Shown here piece after piece: positions 14,387 to 28,900 of a stretch of 64,000 nucleotides of DNA; position 1 is the first letter of the stretch; the number at the start of each line of letters is the position of its first letter. This stretch comes from Eledone cirrhosa (taxonomy: Eukaryota). The notes under the pieces were generated by a model. It ran no database searches. It worked only from the letters and a program-made list of their open reading frames with translations, and was not told the DNA's origin. The stretch lies in NCBI GenBank assembly GCA_964016885.1, contig OZ024744.1:23436001-23500000 (forward strand). The letters run 5' to 3'. A program made the position numbers and the translations under genes.

Positions 14387-17300
14387 GAATCTTCAAATAA
14401 AACTCGTTTTAACAACAGTTGATTCTTGAGAACTGACTCGTTTTAACAACAGTTGAATCTTAAGATAAAACTCGTTTTAACAACAGTTGAATCTTAAGAA
14501 CTGACTCATTTTAACAACAGCTGAATCTCTAGATAAAACTCGTTATAACAACAGTTGAATCTTAAGGTAAAATTCGTTTTAACAACAGTTGAATCTTATG
14601 AACTGACTCGTTTTAACAACAGCTGAATCTTAAGATAAAACTCGTTTTAACAACAGTTGAATCTTAAGAACTGACTCGTTTTATCAACAGTTCAACCTTA
14701 AGCACTGACTCGTTTTAACAACAGTTGAATCTTCAAATAAAACTCGTTTTAACAACAGTTGAATCTTAAGAACTGACTCATTTTAACAACAGTTGAATCT
14801 TAAGATAAAACTCGTTTTAACAACAGTTGAATCTTAAGAACTGACTCGTTTTAACAACAGTTCAACCTTAAGAACTGACTCGTTTTAACAACAGTTGAAT
14901 CTTAAGATGAAACTCGTTTTAACAACAGTTGAATCTTAAGAACTGACTCATTTTAACAACAGTTGAATCTTAAGAACTGATTCGTTTTAACAACAGTTGA
15001 CTCTTAAGAACTGATTCGTTTTAATAACAGCTGAATCTTAAGATAAAACTCGTTTTAACAACAGTTGAATCTTAAGATAAAATTCGTTTTAACAACAGTT
15101 GAATCTTAAGAACTGACTCGTTTTAACAACAGCTGAATCTTAAGATAAAACTCGTTTTAACAACAGTTGAATCTTAAGAACTGACTCGTTTTATCAACAG
15201 TTCAACCTTAAGAACTGACTCGTTTTAACAACAGTTGAATCCTCAAATAAAACTCGTTTTAACAACAGTTGAATCTTAAGAACTGACTCGTTATAACAAC
15301 AGTTGAATCTTAAGAACTGACTCGTTTTAACAACAGTTCAACTTTAAGAACTGACTCGTTTTAACAACAGTTGAATCTTAAGAACTGACTCGTTTTAACA
15401 ACAGTTCAACCTTAAGAACTGACTCGTTTTAACAACAGTTGAATCTTAAGAACTGACTCGTTTTAACAACAGTTCAACCTTAAGAACTGACTCGTTTTAA
15501 CAACAGTTGAATCTTCAAATAAAACTCGTTTTAACTACAGTTGAATCTTAAGAACTGACTCGTTTTAACAACAGTTGAATCTTAAGATAAAACTCGTTTT
15601 AACAACAGTTGAATCTTAAGAACTGACTCATTTTAACAACAGTTGAATCTTAAGAACTGATTCGTTTTAACAACAGTTGAATCTTAAGATAAAACTCGTT
15701 TTAACAACAGTTGAATCTTAAGAACTGACTCGTTTTAACAACAGCTGAATCTTAAGATAAAACTCGTTTTACAACAGTTGAATCTTAAGAACTGACTCGT
15801 TTTATCAACAGTTCAACCTTAAGCACTGACTCGTTTTAACAACAGTTGAATCTTCAAATAAAACTCGTTTTAACAACAGTTGATTCTTCAGAACTGACTC
15901 GTTTTAACAACAGTTGAATCTTAAGAACTGACTCGTTTTATCAACAGTTCAACCTTAAGCACTGACTCGTTTTAACAACAGTTGAATCTTCAAATAAAAC
16001 TCGTTTTAACAACAGTTGAATCTTAAGAACTGACTCATTTTAACAACAGTTGAATCTTAAGATAAAACTCGTTTTAACAACAGTTGAATCTTAAGAACTG
16101 ACTCGTTTTAACAACAGTTCAACCTTAAGAACTGACTCGTTTTAACAACAGTTGAATCTTAAGATGAAACTCGTTTTAACAACAGTTGAATCTTAAGAAC
16201 TGACTCATTTTAACAACAGTTGAATCTTAAGAACTGATTCGTTTTAACAACAGTTGACTCTTAAGAACTGATTCGTTTTAACAACAGCTGAATCTTAAGA
16301 TAAAACTCGTTTTAACAACAGTTGAATCTTAAGATAAAATTCGTTTTAACAACAGTTGAATCTTAAGAACTGACTCGTTTTAACAACAGCTGAATCTTAA
16401 GATAAAACTCGTTTTAACAACAGTTGAATCTTAAGAACTGACTCGTTTTATCAACAGTTCAACCTTAAGAACTGACTCGTTTTAACAACAGTTGAATCCT
16501 CAAATAAAACTCGTTTTAACAACAGTTGAATCTTAAGAACTGACTCGTTATAACAACAGTTGAATCTTAAGAACTGACTCGTTTTAACAACAGTTCAACC
16601 TTAAGAACTGACTCGTTTTAACAACAGTTGAATCTTAAGAACTGACTCGTTTTAACAACAGTTCAACCTTAAGAACTGACTCGTTTTAACAACAGTTGAA
16701 TCTTAAGAACTGACTCGTTTTAACAACAGTTCAACCTTAAGAACTGACTCGTTTTAACAACAGTTGAATCTTCAAATAAAACTCGTTTTAACTACAGTTG
16801 AATCTTAAGAACTGACTCGTTTTAACAACAGTTGAATCTTAAGATAAAACTCGTTTTAACAACAGTTGAATCTTAAGAACTGACTCATTTTAACAACAGT
16901 TGAATCTTAAGAACTGATTCGTTTTAACAACAGTTGAATCTTAAGATAAAACTCGTTTTAACAACAGTTGAATCTTAAGAACTGACTCGTTTTAACAACA
17001 GCTGAATCTTAAGATAAAACTCGTTTTACAACAGTTGAATCTTAAGAACTGACTCGTTTTATCAACAGTTCAACCTTAAGCACTGACTCGTTTTAACAAC
17101 AGTTGAATCTTCAAATAAAACTCGTTTTAACAACAGTTGATTCTTCAGAACTGACTCGTTTTAACAACAGCTGAATCTTTAGATAAAACTCGTTTTAACA
17201 ACAGTTGAATCTTAAGAACTGACTCGTTTTATCAACAGTTCAACCTTAAGAACTGACTCGTTTTAACAACAGTTGAATCCTCAAATAAAACTCGTTTTAA

Positions 17301-20300
17301 CAACAGTTGAATCTTAAGAACTGACTCATTTTAACAACAGTTGAATCTTAAGATAAAACTCGTTTTAACAAGAGTTGAATCTTAAGAACTGACTCGTTTT
17401 AACAACGGCTGAATTTTAAGATAAACTCGTTTTAACAACAGTTGAATCTTAAGAACTGACTCGTTTTAACAACAGCTAAATCTTAAGATAAAACTCGTTT
17501 TAACAACAGTTGAATCTTAAGAACTGACTCGTTTTATCAACAGTTCAACCTTAAGAACTGACTCATCTTAACAACAGTTGAATCTTCAAATAAAATTCGT
17601 TTTAACAACAGTTGAATCTTAAGAACTGACTCGTTTTAACAACAGTTGAATCTTAAGATAAAACTCGTTTTAACAACAGTTGAATCGTAAGAACTGACTC
17701 GTTTTATCAACAGTTCAACCTTAAGCACTGACTCGTTTTAACAACAGTTGAATCTTCAAATAAAACTCGTTTTAACAACAGTTGATTCTTCAGAACTGAC
17801 TCGTTTTAACAACAGTTGAATCTTAAGATAAAACTCGTTTTAACAACAGTTGAATCTTAAGAACTGACTCATATTAACAACAGCTGAATCTTTAGATAAA
17901 TCTCGTTTTAACAACAGTTGAATCTTAAGAACTGACTCGTTTTAACAACAGTTGAATCTTAAGATAAAACTAGTTTTAACAACAGTTGAATCTTAAGAAC
18001 TGGCTCATTTTAACAACAGTTGAATCTTAAGAACTGATTCGTTTTAACAACAGTTGAATCTTAAGATAAAACTCGTTTTAACAACAGTTGAATCTTAAGA
18101 ACTGACTCGTTTTAACAACAGCTGAATCTTAAGATAAAATTCGTTTTACAACAGTTGAATATTAAGAACTGACTCGTTTTATCAACAGTTCAACCTTAAG
18201 AACTGACTTGTTTTAACAACAGTTGAATCTTCAAATAAAACTCGTTTTAACAACAGTTGATTCTTGAGAACTGACTCGTTTTAACAACAGTTGAATCTTA
18301 AGATAAAACTCGTTTTAACAACAGTTGAATCTTAAGAACTGACTCATTTTAACAACAGCTGAATCTCTAGATAAAACTCGTTATAACAACAGTTGAATCT
18401 TAAGGTAAAATTCGTTTTAACAACAGTTGAATCTTATGAACTGACTCGTTTTAACAACAGCTGAATCTTAAGATAAAACTCGTTTTAACAACAGTTGAAT
18501 CTTAAGAACTGACTCGTTTTATCAACAGTTCAACCTTAAGCACTGACTCGTTTTAACAACAGTTGAATCTTCAAATAAAACTCGTTTTAACAACAGTTGA
18601 ATCTTAAGAACTGACTCATTTTAACAACAGTTGAATCTTAAGATAAAACTCGTTTTAACAACAGTTGAATCTTAAGAACTGACTCGTTTTAACAACAGTT
18701 CAACCTTAAGAACTGACTCGTTTTAACAACAGTTGAATCTTAAGATGAAACTCGTTTTAACAACAGTTGAATCTTAAGAACTGACTCATTTTAACAACAG
18801 TTGAATCTTAAGAACTGATTCGTTTTAACAACAGTTGACTCTTAAGAACTGATTCGTTTTAACAACAGCTGAATCTTAAGATAAAACTCGTTTTAACAAC
18901 AGTTGAATCTTAAGATAAAATTCGTTTTAACAACAGTTGAATCTTAAGAACTGACTCGTTTTAACAACAGCTGAATCTTAAGATAAAACTCGTTTTAACA
19001 ACAGTTGAATCTTAAGAACTGACTCGTTTTATCAACAGTTCAACCTTAAGAACTGACTCGTTTTAACAACAGTTGAATCCTCAAATAAAACTCGTTTTAA
19101 CAACAGTTGAATCTTAAGAACTGACTCGTTATAACAACAGTTGAATCTTAAGAACTGACTCGTTTTAACAACAGTTCAACTTTAAGAACTGACTCGTTTT
19201 AACAACAGTTGAATCTTAAGAACTGACTCGTTTTAACAACAGTTCAACCTTAAGAACTGACTCGTTTTAACAACAGTTGAATCTTAAGAACTGACTCGTT
19301 TTAACAACAGTTCAACCTTAAGAACTGACTCGTTTTAACAACAGTTGAATCTTCAAATAAAACTCGTTTTAACTACAGTTGAATCTTAAGAACTGACTCG
19401 TTTTAACAACAGTTGAATCTTAAGATAAAACTCGTTTTAACAACAGTTGAATCTTAAGAACTGACTCATTTTAACAACAGTTGAATCTTAAGAACTGATT
19501 CGTTTTAACAACAGTTGAATCTTAAGATAAAACTCGTTTTAACAACAGTTGAATCTTAAGAACTGACTCGTTTTAACAACAGCTGAATCTTAAGATAAAA
19601 CTCGTTTTACAACAGTTGAATCTTAAGAACTGACTCGTTTTATCAACAGTTCAACCTTAAGCACTGACTCGTTTTAACAACAGTTGAATCTTCAAATAAA
19701 ACTCGTTTTAACAACAGTTGATTCTTCAGAACTGACTCGTTTTAACAACAGTTGAATCTTAAGAACTGACTCGTTTTATCAACAGTTCAACCTTAAGCAC
19801 TGACTCGTTTTAACAACAGTTGAATCTTCAAATAAAACTCGTTTTAACAACAGTTGAATCTTAAGAACTGACTCATTTTAACAACAGTTGAATCTTAAGA
19901 TAAAACTCGTTTTAACAACAGTTGAATCTTAAGAACTGACTCGTTTTAACAACAGTTCAACCTTAAGAACTGACTCGTTTTAACAACAGTTGAATCTTAA
20001 GATGAAACTCGTTTTAACAACAGTTGAATCTTAAGAACTGACTCATTTTAACAACAGTTGAATCTTAAGAACTGATTCGTTTTAACAACAGTTGACTCTT
20101 AAGAACTGATTCGTTTTAACAACAGCTGAATCTTAAGATAAAACTCGTTTTAACAACAGTTGAATCTTAAGATAAAATTCGTTTTAACAACAGTTGAATC
20201 TTAAGAACTGACTCGTTTTAACAACAGCTGAATCTTAAGATAAAACTCGTTTTAACAACAGTTGAATCTTAAGAACTGACTCGTTTTATCAACAGTTCAA

Positions 20301-22067
20301 CCTTAAGAACTGACTCGTTTTAACAACAGTTGAATCCTCAAATAAAACTCGTTTTAACAACAGTTGAATCTTAAGAACTGACTCGTTATAACAACAGTTG
20401 AATCTTAAGAACTGACTCGTTTTAACAACAGTTCAACCTTAAGAACTGACTCGTTTTAACAACAGTTGAATCTTAAGAACTGACTCGTTTTAACAACAGT
20501 TCAACCTTAAGAACTGACTCGTTTTAACAACAGTTGAATCTTAAGAACTGACTCGTTTTAACAACAGTTCAACCTTAAGAACTGACTCGTTTTAACAACA
20601 GTTGAATCTTCAAATAAAACTCGTTTTAACTACAGTTGAATCTTAAGAACTGACTCGTTTTAACAACAGTTGAATCTTAAGATAAAACTCGTTTTAACAA
20701 CAGTTGAATCTTAAGAACTGACTCATTTTAACAACAGTTGAATCTTAAGAACTGATTCGTTTTAACAACAGTTGAATCTTAAGATAAAACTCGTTTTAAC
20801 AACAGTTGAATCTTAAGAACTGACTCGTTTTAACAACAGCTGAATCTTAAGATAAAACTCGTTTTACAACAGTTGAATCTTAAGAACTGACTCGTTTTAT
20901 CAACAGTTCAACCTTAAGCACTGACTCGTTTTAACAACAGTTGAATCTTCAAATAAAACTCGTTTTAACAACAGTTGATTCTTCAGAACTGACTCGTTTT
21001 AACAACAGCTGAATCTTTAGATAAAACTCGTTTTAACAACAGTTGAATCTTAAGAACTGACTCGTTTTATCAACAGTTCAACCTTAAGAACTGACTCGTT
21101 TTAACAACAGTTGAATCCTCAAATAAAACTCGTTTTAACAACAGTTGAATCTTAAGAACTGACTCATTTTAACAACAGTTGAATCTTAAGATAAAACTCG
21201 TTTTAACAAGAGTTGAATCTTAAGAACTGACTCGTTTTAACAACGGCTGAATTTTAAGATAAACTCGTTTTAACAACAGTTGAATCTTAAGAACTGACTC
21301 GTTTTAACAACAGCTAAATCTTAAGATAAAACTCGTTTTAACAACAGTTGAATCTTAAGAACTGACTCGTTTTATCAACAGTTCAACCTTAAGAACTGAC
21401 TCATCTTAACAACAGTTGAATCTTCAAATAAAATTCGTTTTAACAACAGTTGAATCTTAAGAACTGACTCGTTTTAACAACAGTTGAATCTTAAGATAAA
21501 ACTCGTTTTAACAACAGTTGAATCGTAAGAACTGACTCGTTTTATCAACAGTTCAACCTTAAGCACTGACTCGTTTTAACAACAGTTGAATCTTCAAATA
21601 AAACTCGTTTTAACAACAGTTGATTCTTCAGAACTGACTCGTTTTAACAACAGTTGAATCTTAAGATAAAACTCGTTTTAACAACAGTTGAATCTTAAGA
21701 ACTGACTCATATTAACAACAGCTGAATCTTTAGATAAATCTCGTTTTAACAACAGTTGAATCTTAAGAACTGACTCGTTTTAACAACAGTTGAATCTTAA
21801 GATAAAACTAGTTTTAACAACAGTTGAATCTTAAGAACTGGCTCATTTTAACAACAGTTGAATCTTAAGAACTGATTCGTTTTAACAACAGTTGAATCTT
21901 AAGATAAAACTCGTTTTAACAACAGTTGAATCTTAAGAACTGACTCGTTTTAACAACAGCTGAATCTTAAGATAAAATTCGTTTTACAACAGTTGAATAT
22001 TAAGAACTGACTCGTTTTATCAACAGTTCAACCTTAAGAACTGACTTGTTTTAACAACAGTTGAATC
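14387..22067. repeat. Tandem duplication, period 3838 bp (113 monomers)
   Basis: Rare markers GATTCTTGAG at 14421/18259 and GAATCTTATG at 14591/18429. The match ends at 18230/22068. Confidence 0.92.
14640..17170. repeat. Nested tandem duplication, period 1257 bp (37 monomers); carried again in the second 3838-bp copy (~18480-21010)
   Basis: Markers AGCACTGAC at 14701/15958 and CTTAAGATGA at 14901/16158, plus GTTGACTCTT in both copies. Confidence 0.88.
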
Positions 22068-22959
22068 CTCAAATAAAACTCGTTTTAACAACAGTTGAAT
22101 CTTAAGAACTGACTCATTTTAACAACAGTTGAATCTTAAGATAAAACTCGTTTTAACAACAGTTGAATCTTAAGAACTGACTCGTTTTAACAACGGCAGA
22201 ATTTTAAGATAAACTCGTTTTAACAACAGTTGAATCTTAAGAACTGACTCGTTTTAACAACAGCTAAATCTTAAGATAAAACTCGTTTTAACAACAGTTG
22301 AATCTTAAGGTAAAATTCGTTTTAACAACAGTTGAATCTTAAGAACTGACTCGTTTTAACAACAGCTGAATCCTCAAATAAAACTCGTTTTAACAACAGT
22401 TGAATCTTAAGAACTGACTCGTTTTAACAACAGTTGAATCTTAAGATAAAACTCGTTTTAACAACAGTTGAATTTTAAGAACTGACTCATTTTAACAACA
22501 GTTGAATCTTAAGAACTGATTCGTTTTAACAACAGTTGAATCTTCAGATAAAACTCGTTTTAACTACAGTTGAATCTTAAGAACTGACTAGTTTTAACAA
22601 CAGTTGAATCTTAAGATAAAACTCGTTTTTACAACAGTTGAATCTTAAGAACTGACTCGTTTTAACAACAGTTGAATCTTAAGAACTGATTCGTTTTAAC
22701 AACAGTTGAATCTTAAGATAAAACTCGTTTTAACAACAGTTGAATCTTAAGAACTGATTCGTTTTAACAACAGCTGAATCTTAAGATAAAACTCGTTTTA
22801 CAACAGTTGAATCTTAAGAACTGACTCGTTTTATCAACAGTTCAACCTTAAGAACTGACTCATCTTAACAACAGTTGAATCTTCAAATAAAACTCGTTTT
22901 AACAACAGTTGAATCTTAAGAACTGATTCGTTTTAACAACAGCTGAATCTTAAGATAAA

Positions 22960-25900
22960 ACTCGTTTTAACAACAGTTGAATCTTAAGAACTGACTTGTT
23001 TTAACAACGGCTGAATTTTAAGATAAACTCGTTTTAACAACAGTTGAATCTTAAGAACTGACTCGTTTTAACAACAGCTAAATCTTAAGATAAAACTCGT
23101 TTTAACAACAGTTGAATCTTAAGAACTGACTCGTTTTATCAACAGTTCAACCTTAAGAACTGACTCATCTTAACAACAGTTGAATCTTCAAATAAAATTC
23201 GTTTTAACAACAGTTGAATCTTAAGAACTGATTCGTTTTAACAACAGCTGAATCTTAAGATAAAACTCGTTTTAACAACAGTTGAATCTTAAGGTAAAAT
23301 TCGTTTTAACAACAGTTGAATCTTAAGAACTGACTCGTTTTAACAACAGTTGAATCTTAAGATAAAACTCGTTTTAACAACAGTTGAATCTTAAGAACTG
23401 ACTCATTTTAACAACAGTTGAATCTTAAGAACTGACTCGTTTTATCAACAGTTCAACCTTAAGCACTTACTCGTTTTAACAACAGTTGAATCTTCAAATA
23501 AAACTCGTTTTAACAACAGTTGATTCTTCAGAACTGACTCGTTTTAACAACAGTTGAATCTTAAGATAAAACTCGTTTTAACAACAGTTGAATCTTAAGA
23601 ACTGACTCATTTTAACAACAGCTGAATCTTTAGATAAAACTCGTTTTAACAACAGTTGAATCTTAAGAACTGACTCGTTTTATCAAAAGTTCAACCTTAA
23701 GAACTGACTCGTTTTAACAACAGTTGAATCCTCAAATAAAACTCGTTTTAACAACAGTTGAATCTTAAGAACTGACACATTTTAACAACAGTTGAATCTT
23801 AAGATAAAACTCGTTTTAACAAGAGTTGAATCTTAAGAACTGACTCGTTTTAACAACGGCTGAATTTTAAGATAAACTCGTTTTAACAACAGTTGAATCT
23901 TAAGAACTGACTCGTTTTAACAACAGCTAAATCTTAAGATAAAACTCGTTTTAACAACAGTTGAATCTTAACAACTGACTCGTTTTATCAACAGTTCAAC
24001 CTTAAGAACTGACTCATCTTAACAACAGTTGAATCTTCAAATAAAATTCGTTTTAACAACAGTTGAATCTTAAGAACTGACTCGTTTTAACAACAGTTGA
24101 ATCTTAAGATAAAACTCGTTTTAACAACAGTTGAATCTAAAGAACTGACTCATTTTAACAACAGCTGAATCTTAAGATAAAACTCGTTTTAACAACAGTT
24201 GAATCTTAAGATAAAATTCGTTTTAACAACAGTTGAATCTTAAGAACTGACTCGTTTTAACAACAGCTGAATCTTAAGATAAAACTCGTTTTAACAACAG
24301 TTGAATCTTAAGAACTGACTCGTTTTATCAACAGTTCAACCTTAAGCACTGACTCGTTTTAACAACAGTTGAATCTTCAAATAAAACTCGTTTTAACAAC
24401 AGTTGATTCTTCAGAACTGACTCGTTTTAACAACAGTTGAATCTTAAGATAAAACTCGTTTTAACAACAGTTGAATCTTAAGAACTGATTCATATTAACA
24501 ACAGCTGAATCTTTAGATAAATCTCGTTTTAACAACAGTTGAATCTTAAGAACTGACTCGTTTTAACAACAGTTGAATCCTCAAATAAAACTCGTTTTAA
24601 CAACAGTTGAATCATAAGAACTGACTCGTTTTAACAACAGTTGAATCTTAAGATAAAACTCGTTTTAACAACAGTTGAATCTTAAGAACTGACTCATTTT
24701 AACAACAGTTGAATCTTAAGAACTGATTCGTTTTAACAACAGTTGAATCTTCAGATAAAACTCGTTTTAACTACAGTTGAATCTTAAGAACTGACTAGTT
24801 TTAACAACAGTTGAATCTTAAGATAAAACTCGTTTTAACAACAGTTGAATCTTAAGAACTGGCTCATTTTAACAACAGTTGAATCTTAAGAACTGATTCG
24901 TTTTAACAACAGTTGAATCTTAAGATAAAACTCGTTTTAACAACAGTTGAATCTTAAGAACTGACTCGTTTTAACAACAGCTGAATCTTAAGATAAAACT
25001 CGTTTTACAACAGTTGAATCTTAAGAACTGACTCGTTTTATCAACAGTTCAACCTTAAGAAGTGACTCATCTTAACAACAATTGAATCTTCAAATAAAAC
25101 TCGTTTTAACAACAGTTGAATCTTTAGAACTGATTCGTTTTAACAACAGCTGAATCTTAAGATAAAACTCGTTTTAACAACAGTTGAATCTTAAGAACTG
25201 ACTCATTTTAACAACAGTTGAATCTTAAGATAAAACTTGTTTTAACAACAGTTGAATCTTAAGAACTGACTCGTTTTAACAACAGTTGAATTTTAAGATA
25301 AACTCGTTTTAACAACAGTTGAATCTTAAGAACTGAATCGTTTTAACAACAGCTAAATCTTAAGATAAAACTCGTTTTAACAACAGTTGAATCTTAAGAA
25401 CTGACTCGTTTTATCAGCAGTTCAACCTTAAGAACTGACTCATGTTAACAACAGTTGAATCTTCAAATAAAATTCGTTTTAACAACAGTTGAATCTTAAG
25501 AACTGATTCGTTTTAACAACAGCTGAATCTTAAGATAAAACTCGTTTTAACAACAGTTGAATCTTAAGGTAAAATTCGTTTTAACAACAGTTGAATCTTA
25601 AGAACTGACTCGTTTTAACAACAGCTGAATCTTAAGATAAAACTCGTTTTAACAACAGTTGAATCTTAAGAACTGACTCATTTTAACAACAGTTGAATCT
25701 TAAGATAAAACTCGTTTTAACAACAGTTGAATCTTAAGAACTGACTCGTTTTAACAACAGTTCAACCTTAAGAACTGACTCGTTTTAACAACAGTTGAAT
25801 CTTAAGATAAAACTCGTTTTAACAACAGTTGAATCTTAAGAACTGACTCATTTTAACAACAGTTGAATCTTAAGAACTGATTCGTTTTAACAACAGTTGA

Positions 25901-28900
25901 ATCTTCAGATAAAACTCGTTTTAACTACAGTTGTATCTTAAGAACTGACTCGTTTTAACAACAGTTGAATCTTAAGATAAAACTCGTTTTAACGACAGTT
26001 GAATCTTAAGAACTGACTCACTTTATCAACTGTTCAACCTTAAGAACTGACTCATCTTAACAACAGTTGAATCTTCAAATAAAACTCGTTTTAACAACAG
26101 TTGAATCTTAAGAACTGATTCGTTTTAACAACAGCTGAATCTTAAGATAAAACTCGTTTTAACAACAGTTGAATCTTAAGAACTGACTCGTTTTATGAAC
26201 AGTTCAACCTTAAGAACTGACTCGTTTTAACAACAGTTGAATCCTCAAATAAAACTCGTTTTAACAACAGTTGAATCTTAAGAACTGACTCATTTTAACA
26301 ACAGTTGTATCTTAAGATAAAACTCGTTTTAACAACAGTTGAATCGTAAGAACTGACTCGTTTTAACAACGGCTGAATTTTAAGATAAACTCGTTTTAAC
26401 AACAGTTGAATCTTAAGAACTGACTCGTTTTAACAACAGCTATATCTTAAGATAAAACTCGTTTTAACAACAGTTGAATCTTAAGAACTGACTCGTTTTA
26501 TCAACAGTTCAACCTTAAGAACTGACTCATCTTAACAACAGTTGAATCTTCAAATAAAATTCGTTTTAACAACAGTTGAATCTTAAGAACTGACTCGTTT
26601 TAACAACAGTTGAATCTTAAGAACTGACTCATTTTAACAACAGCTGAATCTTAAGATAAAACTCGTTTTAACAACAGTTGAATCTTAAGATAAAATTCGT
26701 TTTAACAACAGTTGAATCTTAAGAACTGACTCGTTTTAACAACAGCTGAATCTTAAGATAAAACTCGTTTTAACAACAGTTGAATCTTAAGAACTGACTC
26801 GTTTTATCAACAGTTCAACCTTAAGCACTGACTCGTTTTAACAACAGTTGAATCTTCAAATAAAACTCGTTTTAACAACAGTTGATTCTTCAGAACTGAC
26901 TCGTTTTAACAACAGTTGAATCTTAAGATAAAACTCGTTTTAACAACAGTTGAATCTTAAGAACTGACTCATATTAACAACAGCTGAATCTTTAGATAAA
27001 TCTCGTTTTAACAACAGTTGAATCTTAAGAACTGACTCGTTTTAACAACAGTTGAATCCTCAAATAAAACTCGTTTTAACAACAGTTGAATCATAAGAAC
27101 TGACTCGTTTTAACAACAGTTGAATCTTAAGATAAAACTCGTTTTAACAACAGTTGAATCTTAAGAACTGACTCATTTTAACAACAGTTGAATCTTAAGA
27201 ACTGATTCGTTTTAACAACAGTTGAATCTTCAGATAAAACTCGTTTTAACTACAGTTGAATCTTAAGAACTGACTAGTTTTAACAACAGTTGAATCTTAA
27301 GAACTGACTTGTTTTAACAACGGCTGAATTTTAAGATAAACTCGTTTTAACAACAGTTGAATCTTAAGAACTGACTCGTTTTAACAACAGCTAAATCTTA
27401 AGATAAAACTCGTTTTAACAACAGTTGAATCTTAAGAACTGACTCGTTTTATCAACAGTTCAACCTTAAGAACTGACTCATCTTAACAACAGTTGAATCT
27501 TCAAATAAAATTCGTTTTAACAACAGTTGAATCTTAAGAACTGATTCGTTTTAACAACAGCTGAATCTTAAGATAAAACTCGTTTTAACAACAGTTGAAT
27601 CTTAAGGTAAAATTCGTTTTAACAACAGTTGAATCTTAAGAACTGACTCGTTTTAACAACAGTTGAATCTTAAGATAAAACTCGTTTTAACAACAGTTGA
27701 ATCTTAAGAACTGACTCATTTTAACAACAGTTGAATCTTAAGAACTGACTCGTTTTATCAACAGTTCAACCTTAAGCACTTACTCGTTTTAACAACAGTT
27801 GAATCTTCAAATAAAACTCGTTTTAACAACAGTTGATTCTTCAGAACTGACTCGTTTTAACAACAGTTGAATCTTAAGATAAAACTCGTTTTAACAACAG
27901 TTGAATCTTAAGAACTGACTCATTTTAACAACAGCTGAATCTTTAGATAAAACTCGTTTTAACAACAGTTGAATCTTAAGAACTGACTCGTTTTATCAAA
28001 AGTTCAACCTTAAGAACTGACTCGTTTTAACAACAGTTGAATCCTCAAATAAAACTCGTTTTAACAACAGTTGAATCTTAAGAACTGACACATTTTAACA
28101 ACAATTGAATCTTAAGATAAAACTCGTTTTAACAAGAGTTGAATCTTAAGAACTGACTCGTTTTAACAACGGCTGAATTTTAAGATAAACTCGTTTTAAC
28201 AACAGTTGAATCTTAAGAACTGACTCGTTTTAACAACAGCTAAATCTTAAGATAAAACTCGTTTTAACAACAGTTGAATCTTCAGATAAAACTCGTTTTG
28301 TCAACAGTTCAACCTTAAGAACTGACTCATCTTAACAACAGTTGAATCTTCAAATAAAATTCGTTTTAACAACAGTTGAATCTTAAGAACTGACTCGTTT
28401 TAACAACAGTTGAATCTTAAGATAAAACTCGTTTTAACAACAGTTGAATCTAAAGAACTGACTCATTTTAACAACAGCTGAATCTTAAGATACAACTCGT
28501 TTTAACAACAGTTGAATCTTAAGATAAAATTCGTTTTAACAACAGTTGAATCTTAAGAACTGACTCGTTTTAACAACAGCTGAATCTTAAGATAAAACTC
28601 GTTTTAACAACAGTTGAATCTTAAGAACTGACTCGTTTTATCAACAGTTCAACCTTAAGCACTGACTCGTTTTAACAACAGTTGAATCTTCAAATAAAAC
28701 TCGTTTTAACAACAGTTGATTCTTCAGAACTGACTCGTTTTAACAACAGTTGAATCTTAAGATAAAACTCGTTTTAACGACAGTTGAATCTTAAGAACTG
28801 ACTCACTTTATCAACTGTTCAACCTTAAGAACTGACTCATCTTAACAACAGTTGAATCTTCAAATAAAACTCGTTTTAACAACAGTTGAATCTTAAGAAC

